Shown: positions 50,170 through 58,210 of the stretch, one piece after another
How the letters are laid out: each line of letters begins with the position of its first letter
Position numbering within the stretch: the first letter of the stretch is position 1
Assembly: GCA_963803415.1 (NCBI GenBank)
Contig: CAWDMI010000005.1
Coordinates: 408,835 to 472,834 of the forward strand
DNA length: 64,000 nucleotides
Direction: 5' to 3'
Source of the DNA: an uncultured delta proteobacterium
Lineage (GTDB): Bacteria; Desulfobacterota; Binatia; UBA9968
Position numbers and translations under genes: made by a program
The notes under the pieces: model-generated
Told to the model about the DNA's origin: nothing
Seen by the model: only the letters and a program-made list of their open reading frames with translations
Database searches by the model: none

Positions 50170-51051
50170 TTACTTTTTACTTGTCTTCGACCTCGGACCA
50201 AACGGTTCAGGCTGAAAAGGACCATCGCGCAATTGTAGGTACTTCCTGATTCCCTCATTGGCGCGCGCATCGTCGAGTGGCTTTCGCAGCTCTTCACGCA
50301 GCATCACATGCGCGGGAACCGAAAGCTGATTGTCCAGCAGGAGTGCATCCCTCAGTCCCATCATTTCGAGCCCCATCGTCGCGATCGCGAGATTGATCTT
50401 GACTGTCTCCGGCGGCACTAAGGCGATCCGCTCCACGATATAAAAACACTCATCCAGCAGCTTGTCCGGCGGCACGACTTTGTTGACCAGACCGATGCGC
50501 AGTGCCTCTTGAGCGTCAATATGGTCTCCCGTAAGACTATAGCGGAGCGCATTCTTAAAACCGGCCAAAAGAGTCCACATAAAGCTGGTGTTTGAGCCAT
50601 GACGGACCTCCGGCTGGGAAAACACCGCATTCTCCGAGGCGATCGTGATGTGGGTAAAGAGCGCGAGCCAGGATCCCGCCCCCATCGCCCAACCGTTGAT
50701 CGCGCCGATGATCGGCTTGCCGAATTCCCACAGGCGCATGAAGTTCCGGTCGTCGTGCCGCCACATTTCGATCAACTGCGCGGCGCTCTGGCCTGGCGCC
50801 ATGCCGTAGGGCCAGACTTTATCACGGCGGCGGCCCGGCTGATTGCCCTGATCCATACCGGACGAGAACGCGCGCCCGGCGCCGCTCAGAACCACGGCCC
50901 GGATCTCGTTGTCCTTTTCCACATCGTCCAGCGCCTGGTGCAGTTCCTTGATCAAGCTGCGGCTGATGGCGTTCATCGCTTCGGGGCGATTCAAAGTGAT
51001 GAGAACCCCTTTGCGCTGCTTCTCGTAAAGGATTTCTTTATAGTCGGCCAT
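50170..51051 (-). CDS. Enoyl-CoA hydratase/isomerase (crotonase) family, copy B (tandem paralog)
   Basis: Start at ATG 51051 (MADYKEILYEKQRKGVLITLNRP) with an SD aggag 4 nt upstream. The sequence is about 60% identical to copy A. The ORF-track N-terminal extension (MFLSRPPSPCQGEGRV) is just the translated hairpin repeat. Confidence 0.8.
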   Translation of the reverse strand: MADYKEILYEKQRKGVLITLNRPEAMNAISRSLIKELHQALDDVEKDNEIRAVVLSGAGRAFSSGMDQGNQPGRRRDKVWPYGMAPGQSAAQLIEMWRHDDRNFMRLWEFGKPIIGAINGWAMGAGSWLALFTHITIASENAVFSQPEVRHGSNTSFMWTLLAGFKNALRYSLTGDHIDAQEALRIGLVNKVVPPDKLLDECFYIVERIALVPPETVKINLAIATMGLEMMGLRDALLLDNQLSVPAHVMLREELRKPLDDARANEGIRKYLQLRDGPFQPEPFGPRSKTSKK

Positions 51052-51076
51052 GCTCGCTCCTTCTACCCTCACCCTT

Positions 51077-51099
51077 CCCTCTCCCTGGCAGGGAGAGGG
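51077..51099. repeat. Perfect 11-bp-arm inverted repeat ccctctccctg-g-cagggagaggg between SBP gene end and ECH start (hairpin; terminator/REP-like)
   Basis: Read directly from the sequence. It is not followed by a T-run on the transcribed strand. Confidence 0.4.
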
Positions 51100-51144
51100 T
51101 GGCCTGGAAAGAAACATTCTGGATGTCGCAACCTTGCTCTACTA

Positions 51145-52167
51145 TCAGTTTGCATACAGCGATTTGATGAAGCCGCTTACCTCGATTTCGCGCACGATGT
51201 TCTCATCAACGAAAGATTTCGGGTCGGCGCCTTTGGCTTTCGGCTCGTCGACCGAGATAAACTCCAAAACCGTTTCGATAGCCTTGGGCAAAGCGTACGG
51301 AACCTCGTTGTAAAACTTGGTTGCCAAGAGATTATACGACGCTTCGAGATATTTGACGTCCTTCTCCTGAGCAGACTGGATACGCAGCTTTTTCTGCAGC
51401 ACCTCGAGGCTTTCCTTTTTGTGTTTTTTGAAATAGGCGATGCCTTCGCACAGAGCCTTAACGACGCGCACGGATTGATCGTGTTTCTGGCGCAGAAACG
51501 TTCTGGTCGAGTCTAGCGAATTCTGCAGGTAGTAGATATCCATGTCCACGGGGTCGGCGAGGACGCGGTAACCACGGTCCTCGGCGACGAAGAAAGTCGG
51601 AATCGTGAACACTGCGCCATCGATTCCTCCTTTCTCCAGACTCGCCAGCATCGCCGGCGAGGAACCGAGCTGGATGGTCTGAATGTTTTCCGACCGCATC
51701 CCCCATTTTTTGAGAAACAGCTGCAAGACCCAATGCGAGGCGGAACCGAAACGCGTAATGGCGACCTTCTTGCCTTTCAGCTCTTCCGGCGTCTTAATGT
51801 CGGCCCGCGTCATGAGTCTCTGCAGACCCGTTTTCATCGGTGATGCCACTAGCACGGTATCCGCTCCTTTGAGCGCCGAACGAATGACCGCGTCACCGCC
51901 GCCTACCGAAAACTGAATCTCGCCGGCGATCAGTGAGCTGACGACGCGCGACGCGCCGCCGCCGATGTAAATCACCTCGGCGTCAAGGCCATACTTTTTG
52001 AACAGCCCTTTTTCTTCGGCGACCCAAATCGCCCCGGAAGTCGCGCTGATGGAACTCAGACCGATCCTGACTCGATCCTGCGCCATGGATGAGAGGGGAA
52101 AAAGGAGAATCAACAATAAGCCCGCCAATAGGGATTCGACGACCTTTTTTCTCGATATCGAATTCAT
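51145..52167 (-). CDS. ABC transporter substrate-binding protein, NMT1/SsuA type
   Basis: A signal peptide is followed by an NMT1-like domain (VRIGLSSISATSGAIWVAEEKGLF). It is a paralog of the 23367-24353 gene. Confidence 0.75.
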   Translation of the reverse strand: MNSISRKKVVESLLAGLLLILLFPLSSMAQDRVRIGLSSISATSGAIWVAEEKGLFKKYGLDAEVIYIGGGASRVVSSLIAGEIQFSVGGGDAVIRSALKGADTVLVASPMKTGLQRLMTRADIKTPEELKGKKVAITRFGSASHWVLQLFLKKWGMRSENIQTIQLGSSPAMLASLEKGGIDGAVFTIPTFFVAEDRGYRVLADPVDMDIYYLQNSLDSTRTFLRQKHDQSVRVVKALCEGIAYFKKHKKESLEVLQKKLRIQSAQEKDVKYLEASYNLLATKFYNEVPYALPKAIETVLEFISVDEPKAKGADPKSFVDENIVREIEVSGFIKSLYAN

Positions 52168-52458
52168 TGAGTCCTCCTTGCTAATTGTTCTTTGGCGTCT
52201 GAAGGAATTGTGGATTTTGCTCCCGAATGCCAGGAGTCCGCAAATTCCCTATAAACAAAAAAGCCCGTCTGGAACAGTCCAGTCTGGGCTAGGCTAGTGT
52301 AAAACCAATCGCGGCGGTGACCGGATCTACAATCCAGCCTTTCTTGCGCTCTAACAAACGAGCGCTTACTTATTATCGTAGGGCCACCGTGTCAAGAGCA
52401 AAATTTACGCCCTGTCCTTATCACAGTAAAAGTAATAAGATGACCACACGAGAGGATC

Positions 52459-53064
52459 ATGAAAGTGATAAACTTAGTAAAGCGTCTTGTCATCATTGTT
52501 CTTGTTCTCGGAGGAATGGCTTACGCCGCCGCTCCCGAAACCGCCAAGGCGACTTTTGCGGGCGGTTGTTTCTGGTGCATGGAGCCGCCTTTTGACAAGC
52601 TTGATGGCGTTCTTTCGACGACCTCGGGCTATACCGGCGGGACCAAGAAGAATCCTACTTACGAAGAGGTTTCTGCCGGCGGCACCGGACATGCCGAATC
52701 GGTCCAAATCATTTATGATCCGAAGAAAGTCACCTACGCAAAACTACTGGAAGTGTTTTGGCACAACATCGATCCGCTCGCACCCAATGCCCAGTTCTGC
52801 GACCATGGGAGCCAATACCGCACAGCAATTTTCTATCACGACGAGACCCAGAAGCGGCTCGCGGAAGAATCCAAAAAAGCCCTGAGCAGTCGCTTTCGAG
52901 GGCCGATCGTGACTGAGATTGTCCCGGCTTCACAATTCTATCCGGCAGAGGATTACCACCAGGACTATTACAAGAAAAACCCGCTTCGCTATAAACTCTA
53001 TCGTTACGGCTGCGGCCGCGACCAGCGGCTTGAAGAACTTTGGGGGAAAGATTACCAACACTGA
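52459..53064 (+). CDS. msrA: Peptide-methionine (S)-S-oxide reductase MsrA, exported
   Basis: The GCFWC active-site motif is present, with a signal peptide (VIIVLVLGGMAYAAAP). Confidence 0.9.
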   Translation: MKVINLVKRLVIIVLVLGGMAYAAAPETAKATFAGGCFWCMEPPFDKLDGVLSTTSGYTGGTKKNPTYEEVSAGGTGHAESVQIIYDPKKVTYAKLLEVFWHNIDPLAPNAQFCDHGSQYRTAIFYHDETQKRLAEESKKALSSRFRGPIVTEIVPASQFYPAEDYHQDYYKKNPLRYKLYRYGCGRDQRLEELWGKDYQH

Positions 53065-53105
53065 AAGCAGGCGCGCGAGACAAACTCAGGGGACGTTTCG
53101 CCGCT

Positions 53106-54233
53106 TCACTTCTTTTCCGCCAGAGACTCCAGCCACGGCCTGAACTCGTTGATCTTGTTCTTGTGCTCCTCCAATCCCGTAAAGAGATAATCCCGCTTGG
53201 GGTCCAAGATGAAAACGGGGTCGATTCCTTCTTTGGAAATATCCACGCGCAAAGAATTTTCCTTGGTAAGTTTCTGAAAGGATATTTGCGCGTCGCGTGT
53301 GAGAACCCAGTTCAAGAAAACCTTCGCAGCGTTGGCGTGCGGCGCGGAGGCGAGAAAGGCTGCGGGATCGGTTCCGGCTCCGACCGCAGCCAGTCCTTCA
53401 AGATGGATCGGGATAACAGGTAACCCTTTGGCAACCAAACCCAGGCAGTCGACTCCGCCCAGCGCAACGGCAAACTTACCGCTGGCGATCCAATCGCTGA
53501 TCTGTGGCAGGCTGCGGGAAATCGTCACGTCCATCTCGCCATAGAGGCGCTTGAGATATCTGGGCCCCAGATCCTCGCGGACATAGATGCTGTACATCTG
53601 ATTGCGCGCGCTGCCGATCCTCAAATCCTGGCTGACGATCTTTCCTTTCCACTTGGGTTTGAGAAGATCCCAGTAGCTCTTCATCTCATTAGGTTTAACC
53701 AGGTTCGTATTGACGCAAGCAGCGACGTAAGGCACCGCCCTCCACATCAAGACATATTTGTCTTCGGTGTCCGCAAACCAGAGTTTGCCTCTGAACCATG
53801 CGGACTTATCCAGAACGTCTGGCAAAAGGAGCGCCGGCCGAATCGGCTGCAGCAGCCCCTTTTCTTTCAATGTCCCGAGAAGAATATCCGTGCCGCCAAG
53901 GACAAGGTCAACCTCGCGGATGCCGGCCCGTTGTTCGGCCATGATTCTGGAGATGATCTCGCTGATGCGTCCCGGCGTGTAATATACGCGAATCTTGGGA
54001 AATGCCTGCTGAAAGACATCGGTGTAGAGCGTCTGCTGGTCTCTTCCGGTCGGCCCATAAACAACGAGCCTCCCTTCCTTTTCTGCCGCTTTCAGCGTCG
54101 CTTCCCATTCCGTCTTCCAGTTGGGCTTGTCCTGAGCCGCTGAATGCCCTACGGCAAGCGAAGAAAGCCACAGCAGCAACAAACCGAGCGCGGAAAAAAT
54201 CCTGCGCGCACGCTGTCGTTTCTGCTGGTCCAC
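53106..54233 (-). CDS. ABC transporter substrate-binding protein, family 1 (Fe3+-type), paralog 5
   Basis: GTG start, a signal peptide, and the signature variant SAPHANAAKVFLNWVLTRDAQ. Confidence 0.75.
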   Translation of the reverse strand: MDQQKRQRARRIFSALGLLLLWLSSLAVGHSAAQDKPNWKTEWEATLKAAEKEGRLVVYGPTGRDQQTLYTDVFQQAFPKIRVYYTPGRISEIISRIMAEQRAGIREVDLVLGGTDILLGTLKEKGLLQPIRPALLLPDVLDKSAWFRGKLWFADTEDKYVLMWRAVPYVAACVNTNLVKPNEMKSYWDLLKPKWKGKIVSQDLRIGSARNQMYSIYVREDLGPRYLKRLYGEMDVTISRSLPQISDWIASGKFAVALGGVDCLGLVAKGLPVIPIHLEGLAAVGAGTDPAAFLASAPHANAAKVFLNWVLTRDAQISFQKLTKENSLRVDISKEGIDPVFILDPKRDYLFTGLEEHKNKINEFRPWLESLAEKK

Positions 54234-54236
54234 GGG

Positions 54237-55427
54237 TCAAATCCTCACGACGCGAGGCACATGATCCGCCATCTCGCCTTTTTTGACGAGCCTCCCGGAA
54301 CCAATGACGTCAAAGTGGATCATTTCCTGTTCTTTGAGGTCACTAATAATTCCCGGCGGATCCTCGCCGCGCATCACGGCCTGGATCGCCGACATCCACA
54401 GCTTGCGCACCTGGATGACGCCGCGGTCCGAATGGGCGAGGTGTTCCTTGCTGCGATCGGCGACGGCTCCCTGACCGATCTGGGCCGCCGAGTCCTGGCC
54501 GTTGACCGTCGTCATGTCAAACTGCATTCGCGAACCTCGCATGAGCGGCGGTGCTTTCCGACTTTCTCTTGTCTTTCTCGCCGAAGGCTTTCCGTCCTTG
54601 AAAGGAAAAAATTTCACGATAAACGAGTAGCTGTTGTAGTCATCGACCGGCATTCGCCATGCGACGTCGGCAAAGAAAGCGTCGGCTTGGCCTGGAAGTG
54701 AACCGCCGTCATGGACCACGAGGATCGGCGGCGTATACGAGACTTCGCGATGCCACTCCTTATCCGCAGCCGGTCCCTGGCGCCGGCCAACGTAACTTGC
54801 CATCAGTTCATCGGCGATGACGTCGAACTCCGGGCTCTCCTGCCGCTCCGGATTCTGGCGCACGCCATGAACCTCCCGCCCATGGAGCACGGTCGCGTGC
54901 ACCGGGTCGAGGCAGTTGTCGAGCTGGTTCATGAAGTTGCACGCGCGCAGGTAACCCGCGAACGTTCGTTCGCCGTCTTCGCGCACGAGAAAATCATAGC
55001 GCGGCAGCGGCGGCGGCTCTCCCGAACCCATATAAGCCCAAACAATTCCCCCCAGCTCCCTTACCGGATAGGTCTTGAGCCTAATCTTGTCTTTGAACGT
55101 GCTCCCCGGGGGCTCCCCCGGTTGCTCAAGGCAGCGCCCGCCGACGTCAAAAACCCAACCGTGATAGCAGCAGCGCAACCCTCCGCCCTCAATCCAGCCG
55201 TACTCCAGAGATGTGCCCCTGTGCGGGCAGGTGGGTTCAACCAGTCCAACACGGCCATGTTCGTCACGGAACAGGATCAAATCTTCTCCCAACCAGCGCA
55301 CCAGTTTCGGGAAGTCTGACTTGGTCTCATGCGAGAATCCGACCGGAAGCCAGTACTTGCGCAAAGTCTCGCCCGCCGGCGTGCCCGGGCCCACTCGGGT
55401 CAACGTCTCATTTTCCGTCGCCTCCAT
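54237..55427 (-). CDS. Rieske [2Fe-2S] non-heme-iron aromatic-ring-hydroxylating oxygenase, alpha subunit (VanA/phthalate-dioxygenase-like)
   Basis: Rieske motif CPHRGTSL...CCYHGW is present, followed by a catalytic non-heme iron domain. No cognate reductase gene is adjacent. Confidence 0.8.
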   Translation of the reverse strand: MEATENETLTRVGPGTPAGETLRKYWLPVGFSHETKSDFPKLVRWLGEDLILFRDEHGRVGLVEPTCPHRGTSLEYGWIEGGGLRCCYHGWVFDVGGRCLEQPGEPPGSTFKDKIRLKTYPVRELGGIVWAYMGSGEPPPLPRYDFLVREDGERTFAGYLRACNFMNQLDNCLDPVHATVLHGREVHGVRQNPERQESPEFDVIADELMASYVGRRQGPAADKEWHREVSYTPPILVVHDGGSLPGQADAFFADVAWRMPVDDYNSYSFIVKFFPFKDGKPSARKTRESRKAPPLMRGSRMQFDMTTVNGQDSAAQIGQGAVADRSKEHLAHSDRGVIQVRKLWMSAIQAVMRGEDPPGIISDLKEQEMIHFDVIGSGRLVKKGEMADHVPRVVRI

Positions 55428-55485
55428 TCACGTTTCCCTCTTCGCAAACACAAGTATAACCTCGTCCGCCTTCACTCCTCGGCTC

Positions 55486-56358
55486 TTAGCTCTTGAGGTT
55501 CTTTTGAAAGAACTCCAGCGTCCTCGCCCATGCCTCCTTCGCCGCCTCCGGGTGGTAACGCTCGCTTTCGTCGCTGTGAAATCCATGCTCCGCGCCAGGA
55601 TAAATCTTGTAGGTGTAGGACTTCTCGTATCGTTTCATAGCTTCCACGGTGTCGGGAATGCCTTTATTGACTCCCGGATCCAGCTCACCGTAGTGTGCTA
55701 GAATCGGCGCCTGAATGTTCTTCACCAGCTCAAGAGGATTGGGACTGCGGCCATAGAAAACAACGGCGGCTCTGAGCCCGCGCACTTGCGTTGCGGACGC
55801 AAAGCACATCTCACCGCCCCAGCAAAAGCCCACCAAGCCCATGCGGTCGTCGCGGACGTCCGCCAGAGTCCGCAGATACGCGTAACCCGAGTCGGTATCC
55901 TCGGCAACCACCTGCGAGGGAACGACGGCGCGGATGTTCTCAAAGCCCCGCCCTTGCGGATTAGCCTTCGTGCTCCCGCCGGCGCGCGACAGATAGTCCG
56001 GGACAAGCGCGACATAACCCTGCTTGGCGAGGCGGCGCGCCACATCGCGAAAATGATCGCTGAGGCCCTGGTTTGCATGGATCACGATAATCCCGGGGTA
56101 TTTACCTGCCGGCGCCGGACGAACCAGGTAACCAAAAACCGTTCCGGCTTTCCCGTTGAATTGGACGTTATGCCAGACGATGCCGGAATCGTTCGGATCG
56201 ACCTGGACCGCGTCGGAGTTGGACTGCATGAGAGTCTCGATCAGCGTATTGGCCGCAGCCAGGCTGCCCGTGATCGCTGCCGCTTTACGCATGAAATCGC
56301 GGCGCGTGACTTGACCCTTCTCATACTGTCGCGTTAGTTCTTTAATCTTTTCGGCCAT
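55486..56358 (-). CDS. Dienelactone hydrolase family protein with Tat signal
   Basis: Start at ATG 56358 (MAEKIKELTRQYEKGQVTRRDFMRKAAAITGSLAA). The twin-arginine motif RRDFMRK and a DLH fold (GFCWGG) are present. Confidence 0.75.
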   Translation of the reverse strand: MAEKIKELTRQYEKGQVTRRDFMRKAAAITGSLAAANTLIETLMQSNSDAVQVDPNDSGIVWHNVQFNGKAGTVFGYLVRPAPAGKYPGIIVIHANQGLSDHFRDVARRLAKQGYVALVPDYLSRAGGSTKANPQGRGFENIRAVVPSQVVAEDTDSGYAYLRTLADVRDDRMGLVGFCWGGEMCFASATQVRGLRAAVVFYGRSPNPLELVKNIQAPILAHYGELDPGVNKGIPDTVEAMKRYEKSYTYKIYPGAEHGFHSDESERYHPEAAKEAWARTLEFFQKNLKS

Positions 56359-56404
56359 GACTCTGTTTTTTTTTCGGAAATGAAAGATCCTCCCTTCACA
56401 ACCA

Positions 56405-57541
56405 TCACCGTATGAGTTGGGTAACTGCCAGCGTATTGCGTCCCGTCCACATCGGCAACAACACGGAGTGACGGTGCTTGCCGCCGCAGACAACCACCAT
56501 GATATCTTGGGGCCGCGTCGATAGATGAACGATCCGATCTGGCGTCACGTTGGGGGATTCCCGCAACAATTCGTCGTCGTTCTTGGTTCCTTTGTGGCGA
56601 TCGGGAATGCTCGAGAACGGGATTGTGGCGTGATCCCAGAGGTAGCGCTTGACTTCTGTCTTGGTGATCCCGTCGCGCGCCATGATCTCTGCATCCTCAA
56701 TTCCCAACGCGACCAGAGGCGTTCCGCCGCCGAAGCTGCCTACGTCCAAGTGACTGCCGCCGCGGTGCATCGCAATAACCTCCGCCAGCGAAGATAGGGC
56801 ATGCTCGCCTCGATTACCTGAAGTATGCATGGGGATGAAGCCATTGATGCCGCACACGGTTACCGTACTCTCGTCCGGCCTATAACCGCGCTCCACGTGA
56901 TGCGGCTCCCAGGGGCTTTTCTCCTCGTTTTCGCCAAAGCAAAAAGTGTATTTTCCCGGCCAGCCGAAGGTTGAGTGATCCGTTTCTCCCGGGAACCCGC
57001 CGCCGATCGTGATGAGGATCAAGCGCACCGCCCTGCCGATCGTCGCATTGGCGCGAAATCCCGGACCAAACACGCCGGCATCGCAGTTGATCGCGAGTTT
57101 CTTTCTGATCGGCCCGTTAATGAGCAGCGCAGGCCCCACATACCCCGTCGTCGCCTGCACACCATAGAGATTAAAGCGCGGTTCGATCATGGCCTGCACG
57201 GCCGCGATGACCACGGGAAGATATTCCGGCAGACAACCCGCCATTACGGCATTAATCGTGATTTTTTCCACCGTGGCCGGAGCCCATCGGGGAGGAATAA
57301 GTCCAATGATTTCCTGGGAATCCCGCTCCACGCCGTCGAGCATGTGCTCAACCCGCTCGCGCGTGGGGGGCACGATGGGCAATCCGTCGCTTAGCTTTTC
57401 GCGTAGGAACCAATCGTTCGCGGCTTCGAGGCTGTCCTCAACCTCGATCAGGTTTGAAGTCAACTTCTTCATGGTTTGCAGTCCACGACCCAGCTCCCTT
57501 GCGCCCGCAATTTCTATGCTCGTCTCGCTTCTCGAACCCAC
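56405..57541 (-). CDS. Conserved hypothetical protein, 37 nt downstream of the UGSC selenoprotein gene (start ambiguous: GTG 57541 or ATG 57472)
   Basis: The ORF is about 355-378 aa with no recognisable family. It has Gly-rich segments (ATTGYVGPALLINGP, GGSHLDVGSFGGGTP, VVVCGGKHRHS). It is likely co-transcribed with the UGSC gene. Confidence 0.6.
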   Translation of the reverse strand: MGSRSETSIEIAGARELGRGLQTMKKLTSNLIEVEDSLEAANDWFLREKLSDGLPIVPPTRERVEHMLDGVERDSQEIIGLIPPRWAPATVEKITINAVMAGCLPEYLPVVIAAVQAMIEPRFNLYGVQATTGYVGPALLINGPIRKKLAINCDAGVFGPGFRANATIGRAVRLILITIGGGFPGETDHSTFGWPGKYTFCFGENEEKSPWEPHHVERGYRPDESTVTVCGINGFIPMHTSGNRGEHALSSLAEVIAMHRGGSHLDVGSFGGGTPLVALGIEDAEIMARDGITKTEVKRYLWDHATIPFSSIPDRHKGTKNDDELLRESPNVTPDRIVHLSTRPQDIMVVVCGGKHRHSVLLPMWTGRNTLAVTQLIR

Positions 57542-57578
57542 GCACGAATTCGCGTGCGCTCTCAGAGCCTGTTGAGAA

Positions 57579-58145
57579 TCAGCGGTTTGAAGTCTGCCCC
57601 GCCACGGGCACCACAGCTAGGGTTAGCGCCGCGTTGACCGGGTCAACGGCGATCTCAGCATCTGCCCGGTGCTCGCCGGGTCGCGCGCCGCCGCTCGGAT
57701 GATGCGGGATCTCGATAAGCGGCAATTGCGGCATGCCGAAAAACTTCGCCTCCGTTCTCCCCAACTCCATAAAGATTGACTGGCACAGAGTCACCGTCGG
57801 TTTCCCTCGCTGCTGGATTTCAATGGCGTCGTGGACACTCCACGACGTGCAGGAGCCTCAGGCCCCAAGGCCGGTGATCACGGCGTCGCACCGGCTCACC
57901 AGTTCGTCGACCATCGCCCCGGGCGCTCCCTGCATGTGGGTCGGTTTGTTGCGCACGATGACGTTTGCAAGGCCGCATCGCTCGTGAAGCAGCGCCGCCA
58001 GCTCATGAAACATCGGCGTGGAATTGGCTTGACCGTTGTCAAGAATCCCGATAACCCGCCCTTCCAGAGTCTCCAGCCCGGGCACCAACGGATGGTCGCC
58101 GAGTTTAACAGAAACTCTCGGGTCCAGCATGAAGAGTTTGCCCAT
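57579..58145 (-). CDS. UGSC-family selenoprotein; in-frame TGA (selenocysteine) at 57858-57860
   Basis: ORF-track pieces 57858-58145 and 57579-57794 are in the same frame and separated only by TGA. The read-through gives ...DAVITGLGA-U-GSCTSWSVHDAIEIQQRGKPTVTLCQSIFMELG..., which contains the family-defining U-G-S-C motif. No other stop codon occurs between 57857 and 57795. An SD aaaggag lies upstream of ATG 58145. A SECIS-like hairpin follows the TGA. The total length is 188 aa. Confidence 0.8.
57827..57847 (-). ncRNA. Bacterial SECIS-like hairpin (9-bp stem CGUCGUGGA / UCCACGACG, GUG loop) starting 10 nt 3' of the UGA
   Basis: Read directly from the sequence. The minus-strand mRNA is UGA ggcuccugca CGUCGUGGA GUG UCCACGACG. 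This spacing and a G/U-containing apical loop are typical of bSECIS elements. Confidence 0.6.
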
Positions 58146-58210
58146 CTCCGGTACTCCTTTAGTTATTCCCTTAGATTCGATTAGAACGGATCGCCCAGGT
58201 TAGGATTGCC

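Noticed and set aside
51052-51117. N-terminal extension of ECH copy B (MFLSRPPSPCQGEGRVRVEGAS) and similar extensions on the 49242, 3693, 4852 and 62295 ORFs
   Set aside because: The extensions lack an RBS. In the ECH case the extension is merely the translated hairpin repeat. Internal ATGs with good SD spacing are better supported.
52459-53064. MsrA as a selenoprotein
   Set aside because: The active site is GCFWC (Cys), and the frame is uninterrupted.
57794-57860. Possibility that the 95-aa and 71-aa ORFs are a frameshifted pseudogene or two separate small genes
   Set aside because: Both ORFs are in the same frame and are separated only by TGA with open frame between. The read-through creates the UGSC motif, and a SECIS-like hairpin follows. 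Selenocysteine recoding is the better explanation.
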